From positions 32,364,001 through 32,428,000 of the forward strand of contig OX597822.1 in NCBI GenBank assembly GCA_951406725.2: 64,000 nucleotides of DNA, in the 5' to 3' direction. Origin of the DNA: Octopus vulgaris (lineage: Eukaryota). Below are positions 50,945-64,000 of the stretch, in pieces. The position numbers and the translations under genes are program-made. The number at the start of each line of letters is the position of its first letter. The first letter of the stretch is position 1. The notes below the pieces were generated by a model, which saw nothing but the letters and a program-made list of their open reading frames with translations, did not search any database and was not told the DNA's origin.

Positions 50945-51219
50945 TGGTCTTACAAAAGATATCCTATCATCAGAGACGTTATGAGAGAGTTAAATAGAAG
51001 GAAATAGTAGAGTTCAGTATAAGAAGTTATTTTCGAAAGGGAGCGATAAAGGAAGTATAAAGGGAAACATACGAATAAAAATAAAGATATATGTTGGATG
51101 TTAAATTCGGTGCCCCCCCCCCATTATACGTGCTTTATCTCTCCCTTTCCCAAATATCTTCTTATATTGAACTCTACAATTTTCCTCCTAATTAACTCTC
51201 TCATATCGTCTTTGATGAT

Positions 51220-51226
<7 letters not shown>
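50945..51226. repeat. Inverted repeat (~100 bp arms) with hammerhead remnant, PLE pLTR-like
   Basis: 50959-51060 is the reverse complement of 51124-51226. Minus strand reads GTCT-CTGATGA-TAGGATAT-[gap]-GTA-AGAC. Confidence 0.8.
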
Positions 51227-51317
<91 letters not shown>

Positions 51318-51330
51318 GTAGGTAGGTAGG

Positions 51331-51400
<70 letters not shown>
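51224..51400. repeat. (TA)n(GATA)n microsatellite
   Basis: Directly visible. Confidence 0.95.
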
Positions 51401-51402
<2 letters not shown>

Positions 51403-51674
51403 TATGTGTCCGCGCGCGTGTGTGTATTTGTGTATTTATTAATATATTAATATTTTTCATATTAAGTTATTTATAACATCAATTTATCGTGAAACTAATA
51501 GGTTGTTTTATAATTTTCAGTTGCGTTCATATTTATGAACTTTTAATACAGGGGCTGACTGTGGCTTTGAAGAATCGGTTTGGTTCCTTGATTTTATCAG
51601 ACACACTAACTTGCGAGTCGTACTCATACAGAGAGAGGGGGGGAGGCCAAGATACGTAGATACACACACATATA

Positions 51675-51710
<36 letters not shown>

Positions 51711-52165
51711 CATATGTGTGTGTGTTTGTACATACCATGCGAGGGTTTATATCTTACAGAACTTCTAAATACCAAATATTATTAACACACATTATCCTTA
51801 ATTTTATTTTATGTTGGTATACATTTTCCCAAAAGAGTTTTAAGTACAAGGAGCTGTGCTCTCAACATTGGTCAGTCCGTTTTCGCCAAAGGCCCATAAC
51901 ACTCGACAGACCACCAAATTCAGTGAACCGACAATTATGTCCAGTTGAAGCGTTTTTAATTTGATAAATCTCCTTAGAAAATTTCCTGCAACGTCTCAAG
52001 TTGTTGTAGGTTATTGAAAAGAATGCAGAAGAACCAAATGTGCACAATATAAGATCAGTATACTCACAAACTTATATGTTTATTGCGGAACGAAAACGTT
52101 ATTTTATTGAAGATAAGGAAACGAATACTTAATTCAGGATATGAGGAATATATGGGACTACACGG

Positions 52166-52186
52166 GCACACAAGCGCACACAAGCG

Positions 52187-52276
<90 letters not shown>

Positions 52277-52517
52277 GTAAACATGCTTTGTATACATATG
52301 TACACACGTACATATATGTAAACATGTGTGTACATAAAGGTACTTTTTATATATATATATGCACGCACAGAGACAGAGAGTGAGAACTAGAGATAGATAA
52401 AGAGACAGATAGATATATAGACATGCATACATATATATGCACATGCGTACATACATATATACGTATGTACATGCATGCATACGTACGTACATACATACAT
52501 ACATACATATATACATA
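52166..52517. repeat. Compound CA/TA/TACA microsatellite
   Basis: Directly visible. Confidence 0.9.
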
Positions 52518-53487
52518 TCGAAACTTCTACTTCAATTTACAGAAACAATTAAAATGGAAAACAAAATTCTAACAAAAGAGACGCTGGTTTCTGTATGGAT
52601 AAGCCGTAATCAAACAGGTGCTCGTTCCACCCGCAAAAACCTCAACTTTGCTCCATACCATAGCTATTCAGGAACATATTAATCGCTGTTTGGTCGAAAT
52701 TTATTCGGAGAGGTTTCGGTTACTACTTTTTTGAATATCGACCTATTTCGTATAGGACGGGATGTTGATTCAACGCAGAACGTTGTAATATTGAAATATT
52801 ATGCGAAATACTGCGAAGTCACAGACATTCACTGTGAGCAAAGTCTGAGATCACAACGTTTCAAAACGCAGTTAAACCATAACACTCAATAATCTTTTCT
52901 GGTTTAATATTTACTTCAATATTCAATAGATCGAAAACATACAGAATGTACCAAATTGACTGCATTAATTATATCGGGAAAGGGAAGTATTTGATAATAA
53001 TTATTAGAACTGTTTACATTTTAACAGTCGTGTATTGATTTTTTTTGTCTATACAAAAGAGGAGATATAATTAATTGCATCGAACAAAGTATATTTTATG
53101 GATTGATATTATTCTTCTATATTCTTTCATTTTTATTTCTAATTCTAATTACAATATTCTGCCTAAATAAAAAAAACAAACAAAGCGCAGTTGCATATAT
53201 TTTTGCATTCGTAGAACGAATGTATGTATGTATAATAATACAAGTAAATAATCGATAGGACACGAACCGCATGCCACCATGTGAAGCAGAAGGTGAATTA
53301 CTGTAGGCCTATCATGCAATGACGCTTCCTACATGACAAATAAGTAAAATATGAATAAGAATTTTATATTCTCCAACATATTCAGCCAGCTAGGGGAAGG
53401 ATTGAAATGCTTTGATGGTTTTCAATATACATTAAGGGCAAGTGCTAGCGCTGTGTATATGTGTGTATGCATTATATGTATAAATAA

Positions 53488-53489
<2 letters not shown>

Positions 53490-53549
<60 letters not shown>

Positions 53550-53764
53550 GTGTGTATGTGTGTGTATGTATGTATGTGTGTGTATATGTATGTGTGTGTG
53601 TGTATATGTATGTATGTGTGTGTATGTATGTATGTATATATGTGTGTATGTATGTATGTGTGTATATATATGTGTGTATGTGTGTGTATGTGTGTGTATG
53701 TGTATGTGTGTGTGTGTGTGTATGTGTGTATATGTGTGTGTATGCGTGTGTATGTGTGTGTATA

Positions 53765-53795
<31 letters not shown>

Positions 53796-53929
53796 GTGTG
53801 TGTGTGTATATGTGTGTGCGTGTGTATATACATATATATATATGTGCGTGTATATATATATATTTACATATATATATATGTGTGTGTGTATATGTGTGTG
53901 CGTGTGTATATACATATATATATATGTGC

Positions 53930-54005
<76 letters not shown>

Positions 54006-54068
54006 TGTGTGTGTGTGTATATATACATATATATACATATATGAATGTATGTATTTGTGTGTGTATGT
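53490..54068. repeat. Long compound (TG/TA)n microsatellite
   Basis: Directly visible; source of the CVCV/HTHT ORFs. Confidence 0.95.
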
Positions 54069-54447
54069 AAATATAAGAGAAGAGAGAAAAAGATAGAGAC
54101 AGAGATAAGACAGATAGTGAAAGACTGTTGTTACAATCTAAACAACCTCACGCTTTATCCAATTGCAAACATGCAACACTTATGTTTTATTGTCTCCGCA
54201 AGATGCAGTCGATTTACAACGGAATATCATTCAGAAAAGTTTGGAAGGAAATAATATAATATAAGAATATTCTAGTTGCTGGCTTATTTTATAACGTGTT
54301 ACGATATTTTCGCCCGCATAAACAAATCAAGCGAGTAAGGGACATAGCGAATTATACAGTGAAAGAATCGTAAGGTACGACTATATGGTCCAGGGTTTGC
54401 ATTCACAAGGTATGATAAAGATACAGCTGCCGCTGCTGCTGCTGCCG

Positions 54448-54448
54448 T

Positions 54449-54546
<98 letters not shown>

Positions 54547-54737
54547 TAATAATAATAATAATAGTAATACAAGTAATAATAATAATAGTAATACAAGTAA
54601 TAATAATAATATTAATAAGAGTAATACAAGTAATAATAATAATAATAATAATAATTGTAATACAAGTAATAATAATAATGATAATAATAGTAATACAAGT
54701 AATAATAATAATAATATTAATAGTAGTACAAGTAATC

Positions 54738-54776
<39 letters not shown>

Positions 54777-54986
54777 GTAATACAAGTAATAATAATAATA
54801 GTTATAGTAAACAATAATAACAATAATAATAACAATAATAGTAATAGTAGTAATGATAATAACAATAATAATAACAATAATAGTAATAGTAGTAATGATA
54901 ATGATAATAACAATAATAGTAATAGTAGTAATGATAATAATAATAACAATAATAGTAATAGTAGTAATGATAATAATGATGATAAC
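54448..54986. repeat. (CTA)n(TAA)n with higher-order units
   Basis: Seven GTA(A/G)TACAAGTAA units, then four AACAATAATAGTAATAGTAGTAATGAT units. Confidence 0.9.
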
Positions 54987-55198
54987 ATATTCAGACAAAT
55001 AGATAACAAAAACACCAGGACGTGCAAATATATATAACATACAAAAAATTACAATACTGTGTAATGCACACATCCTGCGTAAAAAACTTTCAATTCAGTA
55101 ACCATCAGAGCATCACAACAAACCACAGCACATACCCAAGGCTCACAGATCTGCGCTCGGTAGTGAAGTGAAAGCACGCTATAAAAATAAAACTACCG
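54987..55198 (+). mobile_element. R4/Dong-clade short 3' copy in (TAA)n
   Basis: Matches 55923-56134. Confidence 0.9.
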
Positions 55199-55217
55199 AA
55201 TAATAATAATAATAATG

Positions 55218-55277
<60 letters not shown>

Positions 55278-56134
55278 GAACAAGAAAAACCCATTCATGG
55301 TAAATACTGCACTAAACTAAACGCAAAAGAAATAAACAAAGAAAAATCCCAGCAATGGTTGAGAAGCTCAGGACTCAAAGCAGAAACAGAGGGATTTTTA
55401 ATTGCAGCACAAGACCAAAGCCTCCCCACCAGAAATTACCAAAAACATGTAATGAAAAGAAATATTACAAGTAACTGCAGAATATGTGGAGATGGACAAG
55501 AAACAATAAATCATATTATCTCTAGCTGCCCAGTCCTGGCTAAGAAGGAATATATTCACAGACATGACAGAGTTGGAACCTACATACATTGGAAGCTATG
55601 CCAACATTATGGAATAACAACAGAAAAAAGATGGTATAGGCACACACCAGAAAAGGTCACAGAAAACGAGAAAGCAACTATACTCTGGGATATGCCGATA
55701 CACACAGATAGAGAAATTAAGGCCATCAGACCAGATATAGTTGTCAGAGATCATGAAGGAAAAAAGTGCTTTCTAATTGATGTATCAATACCGGCAGATG
55801 ACAACGTGTCTCTACAAGAAACTCTCAAAATACAAAGACCTGGAAATAGAGGTAACTAGAATGTGGAACCTGAAAACAGAAACAATTCCTATCATAGTAG
55901 GTGCATTAGGCATGATAAAAAAATATTCAGACAAATACATAACAAAAACACCAGGACTTAGAAACACATATAACATAGAGAAAATTGCACTACTAGGCAC
56001 TGCACACATCCTACGCAGAACACTTTCCATACAATAACCATCATAGCATCACAACAAATCACAGCACATACCCAAGGCACACAGAGCTGCGCTCGGTAGT
56101 GAAGTGAAAGCACGCTATAAAAATAAAACTACTG
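55278..56134 (+). mobile_element. R4/Dong-clade non-LTR retrotransposon, 5'-truncated (CCHC zinc knuckle and restriction-like endonuclease)
   Basis: ETEGFLIAAQDQSL; CRICG..ETINHIISSC; RHD; RPDIVV..LIDV; KYKDL; PIIVGALG; LLGTAHILRR. One frameshift at ~55815; both ends in (TAA)n. Confidence 0.95.
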
Positions 56135-56143
56135 AATAATAAC

Positions 56144-56221
<78 letters not shown>

Positions 56222-56295
56222 AATAATGATAATAATAATAGTAATAGTAATAATAATAATAGTAATAATAATAATAGTAATAATAATAATTATAA

Positions 56296-56851
56296 ATGCC
56301 CTGATGCAGTACCAGGCAGTGGCTTTCATGTCTTCTGATCTCAACTGATTCAAAGTGTTATCTTGTATATTGTTTTGTTTTGGTATAAAAGATGGTCTAC
56401 AGTAAATATTTTGCTCAATACCATAGATTTTCTTGTCAGTTGTTTGACCTTAACCAATTGAGCATGTCCCTTAGTGGCTGAAGATATGTGCATCTCTGAT
56501 CACGAGCAGAAGTAGTGGGGGAGCATCATAGACACGTGTTGAGAGGGATTCTTTGGAGTTTGAATAATTCACCCCTGGAAACATAGGTGTTTCGTTCAAC
56601 ATCCTTAAACAAACCTTATTCAGGGACCTTTTGAGCAGGATGGGTTACTCGACCAGAAGAAAATTCTAACTGGGCCCCACCTGCAAGGTCATGTGTTGTT
56701 TATCTTGATATGAGATCACCATGTCACACACATATGGTTGTGATGCATGTGCCTGGTCTACCCTTATCAGACGGGTAGTCATGATGGGGATACTGGGCTT
56801 CGTATATTTTACCCCAGTGTCACTTTCATGGCATGCACTGCTCTCTCACTC
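56296..56851. mobile_element. Non-coding (TAA)-associated interspersed element (copy 2, apparently complete)
   Basis: Homologous to 22484-22921; flanked by (TAA)n on the left and (GAA)n on the right; no meaningful ORF. Confidence 0.85.
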
Positions 56852-56919
56852 AAGAAGAAGAAGAAGAAGAAGAAGAAGAAGAAGAAGAAGAAGAAGAAGA
56901 ATTTCATGTGACATTTGCC

Positions 56920-58288
56920 AGCTGGCTCTCTGTCACCACTCTCTCGAAATCCCTCGATAATGTACAATATGGCTATAAAATATTTGATAAAAATATAAAT
57001 CATCTCTCTTACACGGATGATTTAAAGATCTTTGCAAAAATTGACCAAGAACTACAGGGTTCACTAGCAATTGTTAGGCAATTCAGTGATGGCAACAGGA
57101 TGCATTTCGGCCTCGATAAATGTGCAAAAGCTACCTTTATCAAAGGAAAAATGAAAGCAACTTCCACTGTTAATCTTGACATGCAGAATGTCATAAAGGA
57201 GTTAGAACCAGGGGAGAGCTGCAAATACCTAGGTGTATTTGAAGGTGATGAGATCAAACATTGAATTATAAGGGAAATGATAAGAAGAGAATGTTATTGT
57301 ACAGTAAAGGCAATACTCAAGACAGAGCTGAATGCAAGAAAGAGGATTGAAGCGACCAATACTTTAGCTTACAGTTTCAATATCATTAACTGGTCAATTA
57401 GTAAAAAACATATTCTTGACAGACAAATACGAAAATTGTTGACAATGCATACAATGCACCACACTAAGGCAGATGTAGAACGATTTTACCTGCCAAGCAA
57501 AGAGGGTAGCCGTAGATTTTTACAAATGGATATAATGATGAAGATTGCCACAATTTGCCCAAATAGCAACTTGAAAACCTCCGATAACTGGATAGTAAAA
57601 CTTTCTTAAAGCATGAAAACAAGAAATCATCATACTCTGTAAAAATACAGGCAAAGGGATATCTTAGTGAATTCCATATACGGCAAATCTCAAAATTAAA
57701 CGTACTGGAAACAAGCACAGAAAAAGCTAACTGCTTTTCAATGGCATCACCTTTCAATGGCAAATACACATAGAGAACTAATAATGCCGATGTTGATAAA
57801 GCCCTTACCCATCAATGGTTAGTGTCTTCTAGCTTGCTTAAAACCAGAAACAGAAGGGTTTATTTTTACAGCCCAAGATCAATGCCTACCTACAAGGAGC
57901 TACCAGGCCAACATATTTAAGAATGGAAGTAGCCCAACATGTCGTATATCTACACAACGAAAGGAAACCATTAATCATGCTGTCTCCATGTGCACCTTTC
58001 TTGTGCCTACAGCGTATCTCAGCAGGCCTGATGGAGCAACACAATATCCTCACTGGGTAATTTGCATAAACCTGATTGTGCTCATAGAAACTGACCATAT
58101 CCAACGTAAAATACTATGTAATCCCAAATTTTAAAACAAACTTATAATTTTCTTATGTTCTCTTCAACATTCTCTAGAACAATACCATGTGCAAAATCGT
58201 AGGCATAATACCAACATGAACTACTAACTTGTCTCTTGAGGTCTCAGTGTGAGATTTGGAGTAATGTTTTACAAATACTAAGTCAAAC

Positions 58289-58290
<2 letters not shown>
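56920..58290 (+). mobile_element. Second R4/Dong family, 5'-truncated and decayed (RT C-half to zinc knuckle)
   Basis: GSLSPL; INHLSYTDDLKIFA; FGLDKCA; KYLGV; ELNARKRIEA.NT; ADVERFYLP.KEG; PETEGFIFTAQDQCLPT; ETINH. Ends in (TAA)n. Confidence 0.92.
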
Positions 58291-58363
<73 letters not shown>

Positions 58364-58431
58364 TAATAAAAATAATAATAATAATAACAATAATAATGAT
58401 AATAATAATGATAATAATAATAATAATAATA

Positions 58432-58849
58432 ATCCTTTCGTGAGGAAGACAGCAATCGATTACATCGATCCTAATTGTCAACTGGCGCTTATATTATCTA
58501 CCCCGAAGCGATGAAATGCAAAGTCGTCCTCGGTGGAATTTGAACTCAAAATGTAAAAAAAAAAAGTACAACGGAGGAAATGTTGCTTAGCATTTTGCCC
58601 TGTAATGCTAACGATTCTTATTTCTTTATTGCCCACAAGGGGCTAAACATAGAGAGGACAAACAAGGACAGACAAACGAATTAAGTCGATTACATCGACC
58701 CATTGCGTAACTGGTACTTATTTAATCGACCCCGAAAGGATGAAAGGCAAAGTCGACCTCGGCGGAGTTTGAACTCAGAACGTAAAGACAGACGAAATAC
58801 CGCAAAGCATTTCCCCCGACGTTCTAACGATTCTGCCATCTCACCGCCG
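58432..58849 (-). mobile_element. Nested family A SINEs (younger 58618-58849 within or adjacent to older 58432-58617)
   Basis: Two cores; the older copy breaks at CTAACGATTCT and the same motif recurs at ~58824. Confidence 0.88.
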
Positions 58850-58884
58850 TAATAATAATGATAACAACAACAATAATAGTGATT

Positions 58885-59028
58885 CCTTCAACCACAGACA
58901 CAAGAGCTGTAGTTTTGAGACGGGTCTAGTGGACTGCCTCGACCCCTCTGAACAGGTGGAGCATATTTCATCGAACTAGATAGGATGAATGGTAAAGTTA
59001 TCTTCGGCTGAATTTGAACTCAGAACGC
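58885..59028 (-). mobile_element. Diverged family A SINE
   Basis: AGGATGAATGGTAAAGT...GAATTTGAACTCAGAACG. Confidence 0.7.
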
Positions 59029-60535
59029 TATGTTAAGCAATTATAAAACGATCATAAATAAATGCGGTGAATAATTTGCAATCAAATTAAATAATGAGAT
59101 ATATCGCTAATATTTCATGCAGGCAATGAAAAACAAATCAATGAAAACTAGGAGTAATGCAATTAGTAGTTACTATAGAAATACTAATTTGTCAACATTT
59201 TAATTAGAAAAATGATATAATGTTCTAATATCCAAATATCGATTCGGTAAATGGTAACATTTCTAGACATTTGGATGCGAGAAAGTTATGATATTGAAAA
59301 GGCCATTATGTATGGTAGTTTTGTATATATTCTAATATCGATCAGTCATACTCACCACGGCGCCACATAGGATTATATTTGGCGAAAAATTATAATATTT
59401 AAGCATACACGAATGTGTCATGCATTTTTATGGAGCAAATATTCATGGTTTTGTTGTTACAGTTCGGATTTGCTTTAGTCATAACTGTGCAAATATACAA
59501 TCAAATAATTTCCAGTCATAACTATGGCCTTTATCTTTGTTTGCATTTTCCAGTATATTCCTTTGTATCTAATACTCCTATTTCTAGCAGGTTTACTTAC
59601 CACGTTTTCATTAGCAGGTAATTCATGTTTTGTTTCTATTTTCAGTTATCCTCTTTTCATTTTATTTTTGTTTTTGTATTTTCTTCCCATATCAGCTGTG
59701 ATCAATAAGGGTCTGAGCCAAAGAAAGTCGGCTGCGACCGTTCTATTTTGTTTTCATTTTATTCAGGGATAATGAATTTAAGACTAAGTAATGCAACATA
59801 AATTTTCCTTTGATGCAGGGGGATATTAGGCTGCCACTTTTTGTACATAAAGCCCTCAGCATGTTCAGTTGTTACGTATACAAGTTACTTACAGATTCAC
59901 GGGATTCCAATTTGCATAGAAAAAAAAAGTCATTGATTTGAGTATTAGATTATGACATATAATTGCTTAATCAAACCCTTAATTATAAAAGGCAGACAGC
60001 ATTTCTTTTCAAACATTATCTGGTTAGGCACATGGACAAGTGTCAGTAAATCTACTTGGCGTTATTGGAGGTTTAGCGTCCTTATACAATGTCCTCATCA
60101 TGATGTCTTCATCCTGATGACCTCATCCTGTCGACCTCATACTAACTACCCGTTTGTGTCCAGGTAACACCAGCTTTTCCAGGGTTCATACCGCCTGGGT
60201 CGCAACCAAAGACTCTGTAGAGAGTCTAGCCTGCAATTTTTCTGTTTTTAACCTTAATAGCTTCGCAGGTGACCTGTCATCAAATTTTCAACATAAATCA
60301 CCACCGCAGTATATTTTCAAATGTTCTTATATATCTCTCTTTATAAAGTTCTTTCCAAAACATGAAGGGTTTTATCAAAACCACATGAGGGATATTTCTG
60401 TTGTTAGAAAATATCTGGCCTTAGTAATGCTGGGGCGAAAGGTTTGGGGAACTAAAGTTGCTCTCAAATTGAAGTTGCACTCTTGCACTGTTTTGCTGTT
60501 GCTGGGAGGCCTGGGGAAGCGATCTGATATCTGAC

Positions 60536-60957
60536 ACTCTTTACTCTTTACTCTTTTACTCTTTTACTTGTTTCAGTCATTTGACTGCGGCCATGCTGGA
60601 GCACCGCCTTTAATCGAGCAACTCGACCCCGGGACTTATTCTTTTGTAAGCCCAGTACTCATTCTATCGGTCTCTTTTGCCGAACCGCTAAGTAACGGGG
60701 ACATAAACACACCAGCATCGGTTGTCAAGCAATGCTAGGGGGACAAACACGCACAAACACACACACGCATATATATACATATACATATATACGACGGACT
60801 TCTTTCAGTTTCCGTCTACCAAATCGACTCACAAGGCTTTGGTCGGCCCGAGGCTATAGTAGAAGACACTTGCCCAAGGTACCACGCAGTGAGACTGAAC
60901 CCGGAACCATGTGGTTAGTAAACAAGCCACTTACCACACAGCCACTCCTGCGCCTAT
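60536..60957 (-). mobile_element. Full-length SINE family B (tRNA head and CORE-like domain)
   Basis: Minus strand GGCGCAGGAGTGGCTGTGTGGTAAG (A box), GGGTTCAGTCTC (B box), ACCTTGGGCAAGTGTCTT (CORE-like) and (GAGTAAA)n tail. Confidence 0.93.
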
Positions 60958-61555
60958 AACTGCGCCACTGCCTGGAAACCAGCCTTCACAAGTTGGAAAT
61001 ATTGAAGGCATAATACCAAACTTATATATTGAGGGCTGCAATAAAGTGAGTATATATGAAGGACTGTAAACAACTCCTCTTTTTAAGAATATTTTAATAA
61101 TTCTAAAAACATTACTTCAGTTTCTTTATTATTTTTTTTACCACTTCAGTAAAGCATAAACAATAAATCTTCTATGAATTAGAAATGAAACAACGTTATT
61201 TTCATATAAATTTGTAGCATTTATTGTTTCTATTATAATACGTTAACTATATTTTGTATCTTTCAATAACATTTCTGGTTTTCACAAAAATTAAAGATAC
61301 ATTTCCTCTATGTTTATTTTTCTCTTTCTTTTTCTTTTCTTTAAACTGCGTTAAAAATATTGTTTGATGTGTAAGTTTCAAAATCTCAATTTACCATGAA
61401 ATAGAAAATTGTAATATTGATTTTGAAGAAAAGATGATAACGTTTACCCTTATGAAATATCTCACCCGATTTTTCTCAATCACCGCTTACAAAGTAACAA
61501 ATATACTTGCTTACATACACACAAATATCCATGTATCTGTGCAACTATTTGTGTA

Positions 61556-61592
61556 CACACACACACTCACACATACACTCACTCACACGCAC

Positions 61593-61689
<97 letters not shown>
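61556..61689. repeat. (CA)n(TA)n microsatellite
   Basis: Directly visible. Confidence 0.95.
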
Positions 61690-62269
61690 ATTACAGTTAC
61701 GAAACTATAGTGTTAAAACACTCGCTGCAACGGTACAGATATGAATACTTCTGCTAATTATATCCGAATAGAGAAAAATAAACGAGAATCTCCGGACATA
61801 TTTCAAGCTTCGTTGATTCGATCACCCATGATCTGTTATTTTCTTTCTGCACAGAGGAACAGGTGCTTTTCCTGCTCTTCTAATTAGTCATAATTGAACC
61901 GCAAAGCAGGTCCGGGCAATATTTGTTATTCTCCATAAAATGTAACTATGGATATGTGAGTGTGTGTATGTTTCTGTGTATTTGTGTGTGTGTTTAAAAT
62001 TCCGCATTAAAATGCAGATTAAATATTTGAGTCTTACCTCGTAATTAAAATTTTGTAATACATTTCAAACTGTACTCTACAAACCAGCTGTATATAGATT
62101 AGTTTACTCATTAGAGACATTTCCTTGTCTCTATCATGTATTTTCAAATACACATTAAGTCACACGTAAGTATTTTTAATCCATATGTAGCTATTTTAGC
62201 AGAAATGTTGGCGCAACACAGGGAAAGGGTAGCATATATTTCTTGCTGTTTACTTTCTAAATTAGAATT

Positions 62270-62610
62270 CCTCCAAATTTGAATTGCCCTCATTCATTTC
62301 AGTATCGATAAAAAAAAATGATTGTCAAGTACTGTGGTGGTGATGTAATCAACCTGCACCTTTCCCTAAGATTGTTGGCCTCGTGTCAAGATTTGAAACT
62401 ATCATCATCATCCTTAATATTATTGTTGTTGCTGTTTTTGCCGTTGTTGTTGTCGTCTTCCTCCTCCGTTCGTCTGTATGTTCTGAGATCTAATTCCACA
62501 GCGGTTGACTTTGCCTTTCATAAAATAAATACCAGTTGACTAATGAGGTCGATGTAATTGACTATCTCCCTTCCCTCAAAATTTCAGTCCTTGTTTCTAT
62601 AGTACAAACA
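62270..62610 (+). mobile_element. Two diverged family A SINE fragments
   Basis: GATGTAATC...GGCCTCGTGTCAAGATTTGAAAC and GTTCTGAG...GACTTTGCCTTTCAT...GTCGATGTAAT. Confidence 0.65.
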
Positions 62611-62641
62611 TTATTGTTGTTGTTGTTATTGATGTTGCTGC

Positions 62642-62678
<37 letters not shown>

Positions 62679-63059
62679 GCATATCCTGCCCTACAGTCGC
62701 TGATGCTACTCATGTTGTCTTTCATAAGATTTGCTATTGCGCATGTTCAACGTCGTTTATCGTAGTGAAGACACGATTCAGAAACTCATGGTTCAGAAGT
62801 TTCAGTGACTTGGTTGAAGATTTGGGTCATAAAAATTATTGTAGAGTCAAATGCGTACCTAAGAGGTATTGATCTGAGTCAGCTTTTGCGGTCGTTTACT
62901 TTGTAAAAACAACGCTTGCATGTGCACTGGTGCTAAATTCAATCTTCTGTAAGGCCGACACCTTTGTATTCATTATTCAGCAACGAGGAGGCGGAGGACT
63001 TTGCCCTGACCTACTACTTGATAGATATGAATGTGTGTATGTCTCCGTGTGTGTGTTTC

Positions 63060-63100
<41 letters not shown>

Positions 63101-63109
63101 TTTCTTTTT

Positions 63110-63546
<437 letters not shown>

Positions 63547-64000
63547 TATGTGTGTGTATTATATTAATAAGAATAAAGAGTATGCAGATTTGTTTGTCCA
63601 TAAAATTTACTGTTTAATTGTATACAGCATATTATAGTGACCTAAGCGTCTTTCAACTACAGCGACTTAGTGCAGCAACTCACTGTTGTAAACGCAACCT
63701 TGCAATGTTGTCGGTGCAACTTCGTCCGGGCGGTTCAGTTGATCATCCTTGAAGTGGATTTATTGAAATTTAATTTTTGTGAGTTAATGTTCTGTGGGAG
63801 GTGTGGCTGTTGTTATTTATAGGCATGTGCTGTTGATTTCAACTTCACTGCTGTCGCCGTACGAAGTTAGGTTGTCGTGTTAAAATAGGGTAACGTTGAG
63901 ATTATAACCCACAGTGCTCTTAGGTAAGAACAATACACACACATTCAACGCATCGAATGAGAGGGGCATTAAATTAGACAGCAAGCTGTTGAACTGATCA

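Noticed and set aside
54296-54350. Minus-strand stem followed by GAAA and GTA
   Set aside because: No CUGANGA upstream.
56833-57264. Poly-Glu-RT fusion protein
   Set aside because: Chance in-frame join of (GAA)n with a truncated, decayed R4 RT.
60040-61050. Possible LINE remnant around the SINE, and a possible mariner trace at 63630-63900
   Set aside because: Only vague motif echoes; too decayed to support by eye.

Overview
AT-rich, microsatellite-dense animal DNA with no supportable host protein-coding gene or functional rRNA/tRNA gene; most listed ORFs are translated microsatellites. The repeat content suggests a coleoid cephalopod, probably Octopus (inference, not verified). The window holds more than 25 tRNA-derived SINE copies, R4/Dong-clade non-LTR retrotransposons stacked in (TAA)n tracts (about 2.7-6.3 kb and 54.4-58.4 kb), RTE and CR1-like LINE remnants, mariner/Tc1 fossils, two non-autonomous Helitrons, and a Penelope-like element (PLE) with RT and the start of GIY-YIG (49.0-50.5 kb). 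The most interesting signal is a PLE/hammerhead-ribozyme system. A ~300 bp element at 31.8-32.1 kb combines a tRNA-derived head, a degenerate hammerhead, and a tail 44/46 identical to the inverted cap of the PLE, and has its own inverted 5' cap. It is a candidate Pol III SINE mobilised by a PLE. A near-canonical minimal hammerhead (20.8 kb), several foldback or partial-tandem units and an old tandem PLE-like dimer (36.6-42.4 kb) fit the same theme. A duplicated ~170 bp unit with compensatory base pairing at 35.3-35.8 kb is an unexplained structured-RNA candidate. All alignments were read by eye, and boundaries of decayed elements are approximate.
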